Shown in pieces: positions 39,386-52,919 of a stretch of DNA of 64,000 nucleotides. Positions within the stretch are counted from its first letter, which is position 1. Each line of letters starts with the position of its first letter. The stretch is taken from NCBI GenBank assembly GCA_964016885.1, contig OZ024742.1, positions 157,418,001 through 157,482,000 on the forward strand, written 5' to 3'. Both the position numbers and the translations under genes were made by a program. The notes beneath the pieces were generated by a model, which made no database searches, was not told the DNA's origin, and saw only the letters and a list, made by a program, of their open reading frames with translations. The DNA is from Eledone cirrhosa (Eukaryota).

Positions 39386-42300
39386 ATGACCCTCCCAAAG
39401 TATAACAATATCGGTTTCAACACACGATTTCAGATAAAGAATCTTGCTAAACAAATTCAGAAACGAAATATCGTAAGCCTTAGCCAGGCTAACAAGATAC
39501 TGAAAACCACCATGTTCTGTTGTCTACGAAAAACCATAACTCTCGACAACTACACTTCATAAAGCTGTGCGCCACTTCCAGAATCTACAGCAACACCATC
39601 AATACCGACGTTAGAAGATTACAACTCACCAAAAAACAAGCAGATAGGCTAAAACGAACTTTAATTCTAAACATAAAAAAGAAGATCTATAGAGAATTAA
39701 GTCATCAAGAAAAACAAAAGCGTAACCTAATACAAGAAATAGCTAAAATCACCACACCAACAGAAAAACTAATATTTATAAGCCTTATACACCCCGAAGA
39801 ACAGTACATTACTCAAGAATGTGATACGCACTTTAACAGGAAACTAAAGTGGCTTAAACAGGCAAAGCTAAATCAGGATACTATAGAGTATACCAATAGA
39901 TATCCCGACAAAATTGACGGTATCAACATGGCCGACACCTCATTATCAGAAGAGTTCAACAACAAAAACACCAACATTTATGGGAACACGAAAATAGATA
40001 ATGATGAAATGTCTGTGTTATGTCTGCCACCCAAATTTGCGACATTCAAGAAGGTAAATATGATTAGTTGTCTGTCAGAAATAGAAAAATCATTTACAAA
40101 ACTACGCTGGAGCATCAAAAACAAAAGCAACAATATACGCACACACATATACAACACACATCCCAACAACAACAGACACACAGACACAAACAACAATAAC
40201 AACAACACACACATCAACAACAACAACAATAGCAACATACCCAGATACAACAACAACAGACACGCAGACACAAACAACAATAACAACACACACAACAACG
40301 ATAACACACACGGAGACAACAACAACACACGTCAAGAACAGCACACATCAACAACAACAACACACACGCACGCAGTTGCCGTCGCAGGTCGATGAACAAA
40401 CAGAAGCACAATTTAGTATAGCTAAATCCGAACTTAGAAATATTATAGAACAGTATAGCAAGAAGCATAATAGAATACAGGCCAAGCAGCTGGGAGAAAA
40501 ATCTGCAAATGGCTTGCGTAAGCTCATGCAGCGCTCGCGTAATGGAGAGATAGCATGCTTTCCAACAGACAAGTCTGGCAGAATGTCGGTTGACAGCCTG
40601 CCAAACTACATCCAGGCAATGCAACCCCACATCACTAACACAAGAGAGGTAACACGACAGGAGCATGAGGATAGAGAAAAAGCCATCAATGCCCATATGG
40701 TGATGTGGATGAATATAATGCAGCCCAACAAAAGGACTGCCAACAACTTCCAGGCCTGGAACAATGACGTGCCGGCGTTATATGGGCTTCGAAAAGACCA
40801 TAAAACGGGCTGTGACCATGTCGCGGGACCACCAACACGGCCAGTCTGTGGAGCTAAAATTGCTAGTAACTACAGACTGTCCTGCTTCCTCTCCCTGATC
40901 ATACGCCCCATCATTGAGATGTCCCCAGATGTATGTGACAGCACGGAGGACCTCCTCAGCAGAATCGGCGCGGGTAACCGATCTGGGGACCTAACAAACT
41001 GCATAATAGGCAGTATGGACGTTGTGTCCCTGTATCCATCTATTGACGTGGATTTTGCTGTGCAGAAATGCGGAGAAATGATCAGCGAGAGGAAGGTTGA
41101 GTTCCGTGGGATTGATACCAGTGAGCTGGGACTTCTACTTAAGCTTACCCATACTAATAGTTACCTAGACACTTATGACCTTAGCAACCTGTGCCCTACA
41201 AGACCAGCAAGAGGCAGACCACCTACCATTACCTCAATGGCCAAGAAAACCCACACAGATAGATGGAACGGGTGGAACAGAGCCATACGGACACCCGAAA
41301 ACCACGATGAACTGAAGAAAATGATTGCACATGCGGTAGGGGCCAGCATAAAATTAATCCTTAAGGAACATATGTTCAAATTTAATGGTAAAACATATGC
41401 CCAAGAGGAAGGAGCAGCCATTGGTGTTAGTATTGCAAGCGACATAGCTAACTTATTCATGGTATGGTGGGACAGTAGACTTAAACAAAAACTTAAAGAA
41501 CAATTAGAAGACAGCTTAACCCTGATAATGTACTCCCGCTACGTAGATGATATAAACATCGTAGTTAAGACACCCCCACTAAAGAACAGTCAGGAACTAG
41601 AGAAAAACACAATGGAAAGCATCCAGCAAATAGCAAACTCCATCCACCAGAGCATTAGAGTTACTATAGACTACCCAAGTAGACACCCCAACCATCGATT
41701 ACCTGTACTAGACACAGAGCTCTGGTTAGATACCATTAACAACCAAAAACAAATCCTCCATTCCCATTATGCCAAACCCATGACTTCCAAACATCTGATC
41801 CACCAAAACTCGGCCATTTCGGACCATACCAAAATCAACATACTGATTGCGGATTTGGTACGGGTGATGAGAAATGTGTCCCGCATGTGCAACCCCGAAG
41901 AACTAGAGAGACACATACAACACTCCCTCCACCGTATGCAGTTCTCTGGCTACAATCAGAGAGATAGAATCAGAGTGTATAGAGGAGCCAGAACCAAATG
42001 GGAAAAAAATTGTAAATAATGACATAAATGGGACCTGCCCCTTGTATAGGAGCAAATTTTGGAATAGAATAGAAAGAACAAAGAACAAGGCCAATAGAAT
42101 AAATCATGGTATGATAGCAATAAATACCAGAGTGTAATGTTCATCAATAGAACCCCTAGAAGCGAACTAGCCTACAAATTTAGAAGGGCCCTAAATAAAC
42201 ATAAACTCAATATTAAGATAGTAGAAAGACCAGGTACCTCCGTAAAAACACTTATTAGCAAGACATACCCGTTCCAAAGACCCTCATGTATAGTTAAGAA

Positions 42301-42670
42301 ATGTATAACCTGTAAAATAAGCCCCCATATTAACTGTAAAACTAGAAATGTAGTGTATAGCATAAGATGTACTGAAGGACAATGTAGAAACAAAAATATA
42401 GTGTACATAGGTGAGACAGCTCGTAGTATAGGGGAACGAATAAATGAACACTGGCGAGACCTTCAAGATAATAAATATTCATCTGTGCTCTACCAACATG
42501 CTAAGATAGAACACAGGGGTAGATTAGAGAACATAGAAATAAAAATAGAATCCACACACAGAAAAGATGCAATGTTTAGGCAAATTACAGAGGCAGTAAG
42601 CATAACAGAATTACAACCAAAATTAAATAGAAAATATGAGTGGAACAGCAACATCACAACTTACAATTAA
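39386..42670 (+). pseudogene. PLE RT plus GIY-YIG ORF split by several frameshifts
   Basis: MTLPKYN start; PTDKSG, PPTRPVCGA, GSMDVVSLYPSI, GAAIG, YSRYVDD, LPVLD, VVYSIRC...YIGETARSIGERINEH. Confidence 0.9.
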
Positions 42671-42877
42671 GGACAAAATGAAAACACACACACACATAAA
42701 ACAAACAACCAACCAACAATAAATAAATAAATAAATAAACAAATAGATAAATGAACACAAACACACACAGACACCCGGATGTGGCGCATTCGCAAACTGA
42801 GCACACAACACACACACAGAAACAAAATAGCGTAGGATAGAAGAAAGGAAAGGCACAGAAACAAAGAAGGAATCCCC

Positions 42878-42922
42878 AGTCACTGAAGAGGTCACAGAGT
42901 GTGTGACGAAAGGAGTATGACT
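42878..42922 (+). ncRNA. Minimal hammerhead ribozyme (3' pLTR; stem III mutated)
   Basis: As 39201-39245 but GGAGTA instead of GGACTA. Confidence 0.6.
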
Positions 42923-43127
42923 ATATATAAACAACTATCTGGTTGTGGAACCAACCAACCAACCAGAAATTTATAAGTTTGTAGATTTGTAAATTTATAA
43001 ATTTATAAATATATAATAAATTGAAGTGAAAGCAACTTATTGGCAACATGACCCTCCCAAAGTATAACAATATCGGTTTCAACACACGATTTTAGATAAA
43101 GAATCTTGCTAAACAAATTCAGAAACG

Positions 43128-43175
<48 letters not shown>

Positions 43176-43399
43176 GGGGTGCTTGTATATATGCGTGTGA
43201 TTGCCTTTATGTGTATGCTCGCATAATTGTTTTTTTCATAAGCAGGAGATGGAATTACCGGTTAATTGTTTATGAGGCCTATTTAGATCGATAACACAGA
43301 TCACACATCCGTGTTGTCGACTACATTGAATTATAAACAACCAATACTAGGTATATGCATTCCCAATAGAATACTCTATCTAGATACGATATAGATGAA

Positions 43400-43750
43400 A
43401 TCATGTTGTTACCCTTTGTGCACCTTGGCACATTTGGGAAATCTAGTCTCTAACTCTAAGCTTATTTGAAAAGTCCGAGCTGGTCCCCAAGGCTTTTGCA
43501 CCTTCATCGCCTATCTGCTAGTCTCAAACAGTTCCAGTGTTGATCCAAAACACCGTTCCAGGCACCTAGTAACATTAAAGAACAATGGGCTTCTAGAATA
43601 GACTCTGAAGAAATCAGACCGGACTGTTACTGTAGGGGCATTGGCAGTCACAACTTGGAGACACGCTCTTCTCCGCTGGTCACGCCCAGCTCTACCAGTT
43701 ACATTTTGGGTGGAAGGAGATGCTTCCTATCGCGAAAAACAGGCATTCCA
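43400..43750 (-). mobile_element. Decayed CR1/L2-like LINE 3' remnant
   Basis: Weak remnants resembling the PxLFN and FKxxL...PxxP terminal motifs. Confidence 0.3.
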
Positions 43751-43932
43751 TAATTATCAAAGCGAATCCGCCCCCAAGTATCGGGGGTTTGGATACATGT
43801 ATATATTGGAGTTATTTGTCTTTAAGTTCACACTTTATTTTTATGTTCAATGCAGGCAAGAGATATCAGATATAAAGGTATACCTAAAACACAAATACAC
43901 AATGACTTATGTATATATAAATGTAATGTACG

Positions 43933-43963
<31 letters not shown>

Positions 43964-44142
43964 TATGATATGGTATGGGATGTTCCCCTAACTCTTGGGG
44001 GAGTTGTAGGGGCACCCTATTGACATACGACATTTGAAGCTTGGCGGAGACCATCCCTCTCCAGGCCTTATGATAGCAAATTTCTTCCAGAGAAATACAG
44101 AAAGTGAGAGAGAGGAAATGAGAAAGATATAGAGAAAGAATC

Positions 44143-44297
44143 AACCCCGTTACTAGACTGTTACTTTTTTATGGAGCTCGAACAGACGAAAGGCAAAGTT
44201 GACCTCGGCGGGATTTGAACTCAGAGAGTAGAGATACAGAACGAATACCATACACCATTCTATCCGACGTTCTAAACACTCACCGAAATCGCCGCCT
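44143..44297 (-). mobile_element. Diverged Nin/Deu-like SINE
   Basis: GAAAGGCAAAGTTGACCTCGGCGGGATTTGAACTCAG matches other copies. Confidence 0.75.
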
Positions 44298-44329
44298 ATA
44301 CATATACATATATACTTGATTATAGGGGA

Positions 44330-44475
44330 TCAGAACTGCGAAACCGGTAAAGGAACCAAATAAATATTCTTTAAAAGTTTCCAGTTGCATTTTCGATTCC
44401 ATCTTTTTCCTTATACTTTCACTCGTGTAGGACACCTCGTTTCCCTTAATTTTGGAAAGCAAACCTCATTTTCTA
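44330..44475 (+). mobile_element. Truncated pLTR fragment of the 37195-37370 family (3' half of the hammerhead)
   Basis: AGAACTGCGAAACCGGTAAAGGAACCAAATAA...CAGTTGCATTTTCGATT...CACTCGTGTAGGACA; related piece at ~2560-2625. Confidence 0.7.
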
Positions 44476-44487
44476 CACACACACAGA

Positions 44488-44599
<112 letters not shown>

Positions 44600-44607
44600 A
44601 CATATAT

Positions 44608-47600
44608 GTCATGTGACAGACTCTCGCCCAGCAGATGCTCCCTGGCTCAGCAGGTTATGGTTATACTTGGGGAGGGTCATATTTGTGTAAAATTATTGCC
44701 AGAATTAATAACAGAACACACCTCACTGTTTTGTTGGTTTTCGCTTCTCGCTTCTGTGTCTTTTATATCGGTAATTTAACTTATTCGGTCCTCAATGTTG
44801 CCATTGACTGACCAACGGTCAAAAATAATACAGATACAATATAGACACAAACACATATATATAGTTTATCAAAGTTCTTTCGTTGCACATCTGCAACATC
44901 GTCAGTGGTGCTATTGTTTCTTCCCGTTGCATTGTATTTTCTACGTCATCGTTATTTAGTCTGTTTATATATTTATTTATTTGTTTATTTTATTGTGTCT
45001 TCTTTGCGCATACGTTTGCGTGTGTATAGTGTTTTGTTTGATGTGTGTTCGTGATTGGGTGACCGTGTATGAGTTAATGTATTCTATCTTTACTAGTGTG
45101 TGTTTATATGTGTTTCCTGTTCTTGTGCTTGTGTATGTATTTATTTATTTATTTATCTATTTATTTATTTATACTTCTCTTAGGTCAGTGTTGTTTGTTT
45201 GGGTGTTGTTGTTATTCCATTCATTTTTTTCTGTTTAGCCTTGGCCTTCTAAGTTCTATTACACTGGCATCTCTGATTTGCCTATCTGTTGGGTCATTTC
45301 TATGTTTACATATTATTCTAATTTCTATGTTGTCTATGTTACCGTCGTGTTGTTGTCTGGCATGTCCGTATAGTACTGAGCCGTTTTTTTCGTCCCTTTA
45401 GTTCCCTCCAGTGTTGGTCTATCCTTTCACCTATGCTACGAGCTGTCTCGCTTATGTATGTTGTTGTCATGTTTCTGAAAGTACCCTCTGTACATCTTAT
45501 GCTATAGACTACGTTTCTAGTTTTCTAGTTTATCCTAAGGATTTACCTACATGAGATACATTTCCTATTAGTACAGTGGGTTTTCTTAAACGGGTAGGTT
45601 TTGCAGATCAGGGATTTTATGGTGGTTCCTGGCTTTTCTACCACCTTAATCTTTAAATGGATCTTTCTCAGGGCCTTTCTACAATGGTTAGCTAATTTCC
45701 CTCCAGGGGTAGCGTCCACAAACATGACACTCTGGTATCTCTGGTTGTCGTACCATGAGGTGCCTTTCCCCATATTATGTCTAGCCCTATCTAAGCTATT
45801 CCCAGATTTGCTCCTGTATAATGGGCAAATCCCTTTCATGTCCAGTTCTATGAGGGTCTTATACTTCTCCATGGCTCTTTTGTATACTCTGATTCTGTCT
45901 CTTTGGTTGTAGCCAGAGAACTGCGTGCGGTTGATGAAGTGTTGGATGTGTATTTCCATTTCTGTTGGGTCGCACCTGCGGGACACGTTCTTCATCACTC
46001 GTACCACGTCTGCGATCAGAATATTAAAATTACCACTATTGGACATTGCTGAGTTTTTGAGTATCAGGTATTTGGAGGCCATGGGTTTAGCATAGTGTGA
46101 GTGGAGAATTTGGGCTGTCTCGTCTATAGTGTTAATCCAAAGTTCCGTGTCTAATACAGGTAGTCTGTTTTTAGGGTCTTTGGAAGGGTAGTCGATAGTT
46201 ACAGTTATACTCTGGTGTATGGAATTAGCTATCTGCTGGATGCTTTACATTGTGCTACGTTCTAAATCAAACTTTTTATTGCTCTTTTGTGGGGATGTTC
46301 TTATAACTATATTGATATCGTCTACGTAACGAGAGTACATGATGAGGTCTATGGAGCTCTCATTAAGGAGATCTTTAAGTCTCGTTTCCCACCAAACCAT
46401 AAAAAGGTTGGCAACGTCACCAGCGATGCTGACGCCAATGGCTGCTCCCTCATTTTGGGTGTAGATCTTATCGTTGAACTTGAATATGTGGCCCTTTATG
46501 GTAGTTTTGATACTAGCCCCTATTGTATGTGCGACCATTTTTCTTACCTGATCATTGTTTTGGGGGGTCTGTATAGCTTTGGTCCACCCAATCCACCTTC
46601 CCATGGGAGTCTTTTTAGTCATTACGGTTATGGTGGGGGGGTCTACCTCTTATGGGTCTACTGGGGCAGAAACGTAAGTTCATAGCTGTGTAGGTAGTCA
46701 GTGTCGTAGGTAAGTCTAAGTAGGGGACCCAGTTCGTCTGTGTCGACGTCGCAGAACTCCACCTCACTCTCAATGATCATCTCCACACATTTTTCCACAG
46801 CAAAATCAATGTTAATGGATGGGTACAGTGATACCACATCCATGTTGCCTATTATGCAGTTGGATAGGTTCCTGTTTTTGTTGCACTCACTGATTCTGCT
46901 GAGGAGGTCCTCTGTACTGTCACATACATATGGGGACATTTTGATTATGGGGTGTATAACCATAGAGAGGAAGTAGGAGATCCTGTAGTTGCTAGCTATA
47001 TTTGCTCCGCATACGAATCTTGTTGGTGGACCTGTTGTCGGATCGTCGACTGTCTTGTACTCTTTGTGGAGCCCATACAAGGGTGGTATGCCATTGTTAG
47101 ACGCCTGGAAGTTGTTGGCAGTGCGTCTGCTTGGTTTTAGGATGTCGGTCCACATCATCATGTGACCGTTGAGGATTTTCTCTCTCCCATCATGTATTTA
47201 GTGTGCAATTTCGCTCGTGTTGGTGATGTGGGGTTGCATAGCCTTGATGTAGTTCGGCATACTATCTATTGACATCCTACCAGACTTATCCGTGGGTAGA
47301 CATACTACCTCACCATCCCTTGTGCGCTGCTTGAGGCTAACCAAGCCTTCTACAGGTTTCCTCCTAAGTTGTTGGACATCTGGTCTGCTCTGTCCCTTCG
47401 TATACCAGTCTACTATTTGTCTAATCTTATTTCTAGCTATGATGAACTGTGCCTCTGTCTCGTCATCTATTTGTTGTGGTATGCAAACTCTTTTATTAAA
47501 GGGTATCCTCGTAGGATAGATATTACCCATCTTATATGTTTTGTCAGCTGGGTTGAAGAATAGTTTCTCTAAGGGATTGTCATTATATCTATCGTCATAG

Positions 47601-48434
47601 TTGTGTGTGTTGCTATTATTGTTATTATGGTGGTTGTTGTTGTTCCTATTATTAGCATTATTATTATTGTTATGATTGCTAGATCTATTGTTGCTGTGAT
47701 TGTTGTTTTCTTCACGGTTATTGTTGTTGTTACTGTTATTTCTACCATTGTGGTTGTGACTTTTATTATGTCTCTTGATTTTGTTGTGTCTATCATTAAT
47801 GTTGCTACATGTATTATTTCTATTATTACCACTGTGGTTGTTGTTGTTGTTATTCGTATTGTTACCGTTATTACTACTGTGGTGGCTGCTGCTGTATCTG
47901 TAGTTAATGTCTCTATTATTATTATTATTATTGTGGTTGTTGTTGTTCTGTCTATCGTTAATATTATTACCATTAATACTATTTCTCACTCTCCTGCTAT
48001 TGTTATTGTTATGACTATTACTATTATAGCTGTTATTTCTATACTCAGAGCTATTGTTTATATTACTACTATCGTTATTATTGTTGTTGATGTCCGTATA
48101 GTTTTTGTTGTTGTTTACTTTTTGCATTCCAACGTATTTTTGTGTAACACTTTTTCAGCTCCGTTTTACACTCAATAGGGTTAATCTTTTTGTAGATGGC
48201 AAATTTTGGTGGTAGCAGCAGGATTTGTTGTTCTTGTTCACTGATTAAAGTGTTCCCATAGATATTTACTGTGTGGTCATTGGTATATTCTTCCAGTAGT
48301 TTTACATCAGTCATACGGATATTGTTGATGTTATCCGGGTATTTTTGAGAATATTCTATTTTCCTTTCTTATAGTTTTTTCTTATTCATCCATTTGTTTC
48401 GACACACGATTTTATATCAAAAACCTCGCAAAAC
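44608..48434 (-). mobile_element. Decayed, 5'-truncated PLE related to 38241-43130
   Basis: LLLPPKF, PTDKSGRMS, GNMDVVSLYPSI, YSRYVDD, QFSGYNQRDRIRVY; 3' tail re-starts ATGACCCTCCCCAAGTATAAC; short inverted tail 48394-48434; (TA)n both sides. Confidence 0.9.
44868..44909 (-). ncRNA. Minimal hammerhead ribozyme
   Basis: ACCA-CTGACGA-T-GTTGCA-GATG-TGCAAC-GAAA-GAAC-TT-TGAT. Confidence 0.68.
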
Positions 48435-48447
48435 TATATATATATGT

Positions 48448-48598
<151 letters not shown>

Positions 48599-48647
48599 TG
48601 TATATCAGTATATACTATATATATATATATATATACAGTATATACTG

Positions 48648-48680
<33 letters not shown>

Positions 48681-48683
48681 ATG

Positions 48684-48774
<91 letters not shown>

Positions 48775-48775
<1 letters not shown>

Positions 48776-49091
48776 GAGTTTATGTTGGTTGTATACCAAC
48801 ACCTCAGTTTGCAGGCTGGAGCACTCGACGAAGTGCGCAGTTTGGTTAGGTTACTCCGGAGTAGTGTAAAATAAAGTTAAATAAAAGTCAAATGATTAAA
48901 ATTTAGCTTCGTTTATTACTGCTATATATATTTCAGTGACAGCCATCTTTGGCTGTGACCTCTTCAGGCAGTTTGAATTAGTATGGTATAGACAAGTACA
49001 TATGTTGTTTAGGTGTATAATATTGTCAATACTCTTATATGCCCAGTTCCTTGTTTGGCTGTTAATTTACTGAGGAACTGGAGTCTATTTA

Positions 49092-49151
<60 letters not shown>

Positions 49152-49219
49152 CTCCAGTTCCTCAGTAAATTAACAGCCAAACAAGGAACTGGGCATATAA
49201 GAGTATTGACAATATTATA
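48775..49219 (-). mobile_element. PLE pLTR mini-insertion with fold-back centred on (TA)n
   Basis: 48775-48975 is homologous to 12216-12415; perfect arms 49016-49091 and 49144-49219 around a TA tract. Confidence 0.82.
48918..48972 (-). ncRNA. Type I hammerhead ribozyme
   Basis: ACTGC-CTGAAGA-GGTCACAGCCA-AAGA-TGGCTGTCACT-GAAAT-ATAT-ATA-GCAGT. Confidence 0.88.
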
Positions 49220-49316
49220 TCTCTGGATGCTTAAAGCTTCTGTATACCGTAGGCCGCAGCACTAATTCTCGTTTTTCTGTGAAATATATATATGATATTA
49301 TATTATATATATATAG

Positions 49317-49502
49317 GGCGGTGGATTGGCAGTATCGGTAGAGGGTCGGACGCCATGCTTTCCAGCAGAGTTACGTCCCTTTACGATCTGAGTTCAAATC
49401 CCGCCGAGGTTGACTTTACCTTTCATCCTTAAGGGGTCGATAAAATGAAGTACCAGTAATGCACTGTGTAATTGCTGGTCGTGTGCCTAAAGTAGAAACA
49501 AT

Positions 49503-49510
<8 letters not shown>
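49317..49510 (+). mobile_element. Full-length tRNA-derived Nin/Deu-like SINE
   Basis: A box TGGCAGTATCGG, B box GAGTTCAAATCC, core, AT-rich tail. Confidence 0.92.
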
Positions 49511-49540
<30 letters not shown>

Positions 49541-50230
49541 TTCAGACAGAGAGTCAGACAGAAAGAAGAAGAAAGTAAAATAGTCTTCAAATAGAGAGAA
49601 ATTTCAATTGATACTCTCTCAGATACTTTAACATTTCAAATTTTGTAGTGAAAAATCCGAGAAACGTCAGCGAAAGAATATCAAATGTGTAATATGTTTT
49701 CATTGCCAAATCTATCTAGCTCAGATTTGCAATGTAATTCATGACAATATATTTCATATGATAAATATGCATTTTTGTAAAAGATGTGATTTGTTGAAAT
49801 ACATTCTATGACTTTTCCCATTTGCTGTTGATTTAATTATTCTAGAATTTATTTATTCCTTATTATTTAGACTCATAATTACTTTCGAAAAATATACTAC
49901 TTTCACTTGAGATAAATGTATTATATTTTACCTATATATAGGTACCATAAATTAAGATAGAAACTACTTTTATTTCAGTTTATCACACAATTCTCCATAT
50001 GTTAGCTGATTTCTTTTGTATTTTATTGTTTGTAGTTTTCTTATATCACACTGTTATATGTTATATATTTTTCGAATATGATGGAAATAATAAAGCTATA
50101 CGTAGCAGATGGATCATTCTTAAGCTATACTTTTTTATATACAGCTTGTATTAGACAAAGTAGTTTTGAGGATGAGAACATAATAGATTTTGTCTGTAAG
50201 TTTCAGTCAAAGCATAATTAATGTGTATGG

Positions 50231-50302
50231 AACGATGTAGACTAATTAAATTAGTCTACATCGTTCTACATCGATGTAGACTAATAAAATTAGTCTACAT
50301 CG
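50231..50302. repeat. Chained short palindromes
   Basis: CGATGTAGACTAAT unit four times in alternating orientation. Confidence 0.9.
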
Positions 50303-50839
50303 TCCTTGAACTAATAAAATACTCGATATTAAGTCAATTCGGATGATGCTTACATCGGTGAAATATAAAATCACTATATAACCTATTTGCATTAAGATTT
50401 CACCTATTTAAATTAAGTGACCTTTATGAAACACTGATGTTTTTGCAGAAAATCTCCCTGTTAAAACTTCGACTTTTACTGTATAATTTCAGAACTATCA
50501 ACTAAGTTGTATTCTGTATTGAAAAAGTAAAAATGCCTTCATATGTACGGTATGCATGCATATCCTGTTGCGCAAGGTTTGGGGTGTACTTTTATAAGAA
50601 TCCTGCACGTATATGAGAAAATAACTGATTGTAAATTACTGCAAAATTATTCATGTTTTGGTGTTTAGCTGTTAGAAATATCCTAAAATATAAGATAAAT
50701 ACATTTATAACTAACTTAACACATTCTTCTCTTGTTATGCTTATTTTTTGTGCTGTTTAGCTGCATCTATGTTTCCAATATCAATATTAATGGAATGGGA
50801 TTAAATTTAATGTACTAGAATACATATTTAGGTGTTATT

Positions 50840-50908
50840 ATTTACCTATCTCTATATTATGTATTGTTTACCTATCTCTATATTTACCTATCTCTATATT
50901 ATGTATTG
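50840..50908. repeat. Short tandem repeat
   Basis: TTTACCTATCTCTATATT x3. Confidence 0.85.
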
Positions 50909-52313
50909 ATATTCCAGTGAGTAAAATTGTGTTTTATATATTCCCGAATCTATTCAGTTTATCTAATGCATTAACGCAATAAAACATGAATTAACTATTT
51001 ATCTGCTTTTTGATGTAAACTTCTGGACGAGTTGATTTAACTTTATACCTCAGAAGCTTTTCAGATTATTCAGTTACTGAGTATTTCCACTGTGGCTTGT
51101 GCCAAAGTGAGAAATATCTCTACAGGGTTTATTGAATCGATGATCAACTAACATAGTAAAATGCCTCGTTACACTAACTACTTGTCAAATGGTTTATGTG
51201 TCCATGAAAGTAAGTATTATTAGCAATTTAGAGAACATATATTGTCATATTGACGTAACATGTTTCGTAAATCCCGTTCGGTGAGCGTGACATAGATTTG
51301 GGATCTAGAATTTATAAAAAATAGCTGAACATATAAACACATAATATGGTGGGAAATGTATATGTGGACACTGAAAAGTATGAAATGATATACCGATTCG
51401 GCATCGGTTGGATATTTTCATTATAAGCTCTGAATGAAACATGCCAGCAAACAAGTTTCAATCCCGGTATCTTCCAATGAAACATGCATTTATCACTTCT
51501 TAATTTAAGTTTTGGGTTTTCTATAACATCGGTTGTATTTTGTTTCTTTAAACATCTTTAATCTTGAGATGGACTACATCCATGGGAATGAGATCTCTGT
51601 AGTAGCGGTGGTTGTTTCTTTGAAGCTTAGTTCTTTAGCATCGAAAAAAGAAACAAAGTGAAATATTTATTGATATGACACTTTTTGCATATACCATTCT
51701 AAATGATCTGGTAGACCTATTTACACATTCTTCGCACTCCCTGTAAGTGAAATATGTTCACAAATATTGCTGTATGTTTAGGCTGATATGAATAAAATGA
51801 TTAAATCTTCAAAGGTACAGTTTATTGTTATGTAGCATGATTAATCTAAATGTAATATATCGATTATTTCAACAGTAATAATTATCCTTAATGTTTGAAT
51901 ATGCCTTGAGCATGTCAATATACATTTGTGTGCGAACGTATGTGCACCGTTATGTAAGTATTTATATGTTGGGGATTTATTGTTTCCTGTTATTATTCCT
52001 TGAGTCTTGAACCTAAGACTATACGGAGAAGTTGATCGCAAGAATTTACTAATAGGTTTAGATATCACGTTTTCTGTCCACGGCGAGAAAAACTAAACAG
52101 CACTTTCATTTCTTCCTTAAAAAAGCTGTTGAAATGAGAGTTCATATTATGTACTGTCTACACGTAAATGATGACCATCATCTTTTCTTTAATATCAATT
52201 CCATATCACAAAAGTCGACTAATGTTCTTATTAACTGAGATACAAACCACACAATTTCATTATTCACTTTAGAATATTTGGATTTAAGGAAAAATAAAAA
52301 ATGACATTATTCT

Positions 52314-52545
52314 GTTAACTTTGCCTTTCATCCTTACGGGGTCGATAAAATAAAGTACCAGTAATGTACTGGGTAATTGCTGGCCTTGTGCCTAAAGTAG
52401 AAACAATTATTCTGTTCTATTTAAAGATGGAAGGCAAAGTTAATCCCACAAAGGTTAACTTTGCCATTCATCCTTACGGGGTCGATAAAATAAAGTGCCA
52501 GTAATGTACTGGAATAATTGCTGGCCTTGTGCCAAAAGTATAAAC
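52314..52545 (+). mobile_element. Two tandem 5'-truncated Nin/Deu-like SINE halves
   Basis: Both start at GTTAACTTTGCC; 52314-52411 and 52453-52545. Confidence 0.88.
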
Positions 52546-52688
52546 ATTCATTCCTGATAGATTACTTTTCGTTCCATTTCAGATTTCCAGGTTTCCCTTC
52601 TGCCATATTCAATTGCAAGTACGGAAAGTCACAGACATTATTATTCATCATGTACGAAAAGAAATTGTACCATTATGTATTATTGTAA

Positions 52689-52878
52689 GCCGGTGGATTG
52701 GCAGTATCGGTAGAGGGTCGGACGCCATGCTTTGACGCATAGAGTTACGGTCCTTGCCATTCTGAGTTCAAATCCCGCCGAGGCTTACTTTGCTTTTCAT
52801 TCTTACGGGGTCAATAAAATAAAGTATCAATAATGCACTGGGTAGTTGCTGGCTTTGTGCCAACAGTAGAAACAATTA
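52689..52878 (+). mobile_element. Full-length Nin/Deu-like SINE
   Basis: A/B boxes and core. Confidence 0.92.
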
Positions 52879-52919
52879 TGTATTATTGTAAAACTAGATT
52901 ACTCTGTTTTTATATTTGT

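Larger units (their letters stand above)
38241..43130 (+). mobile_element. Full-length Penelope-like element: inverted pLTR + 5' pLTR + ORF + 3' pLTR, in (TA)n
   Basis: 38241-38822 inverts 38837-39410; 38820-39470 is directly repeated at 42489-43130; (TA)n on both sides. Confidence 0.93.
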
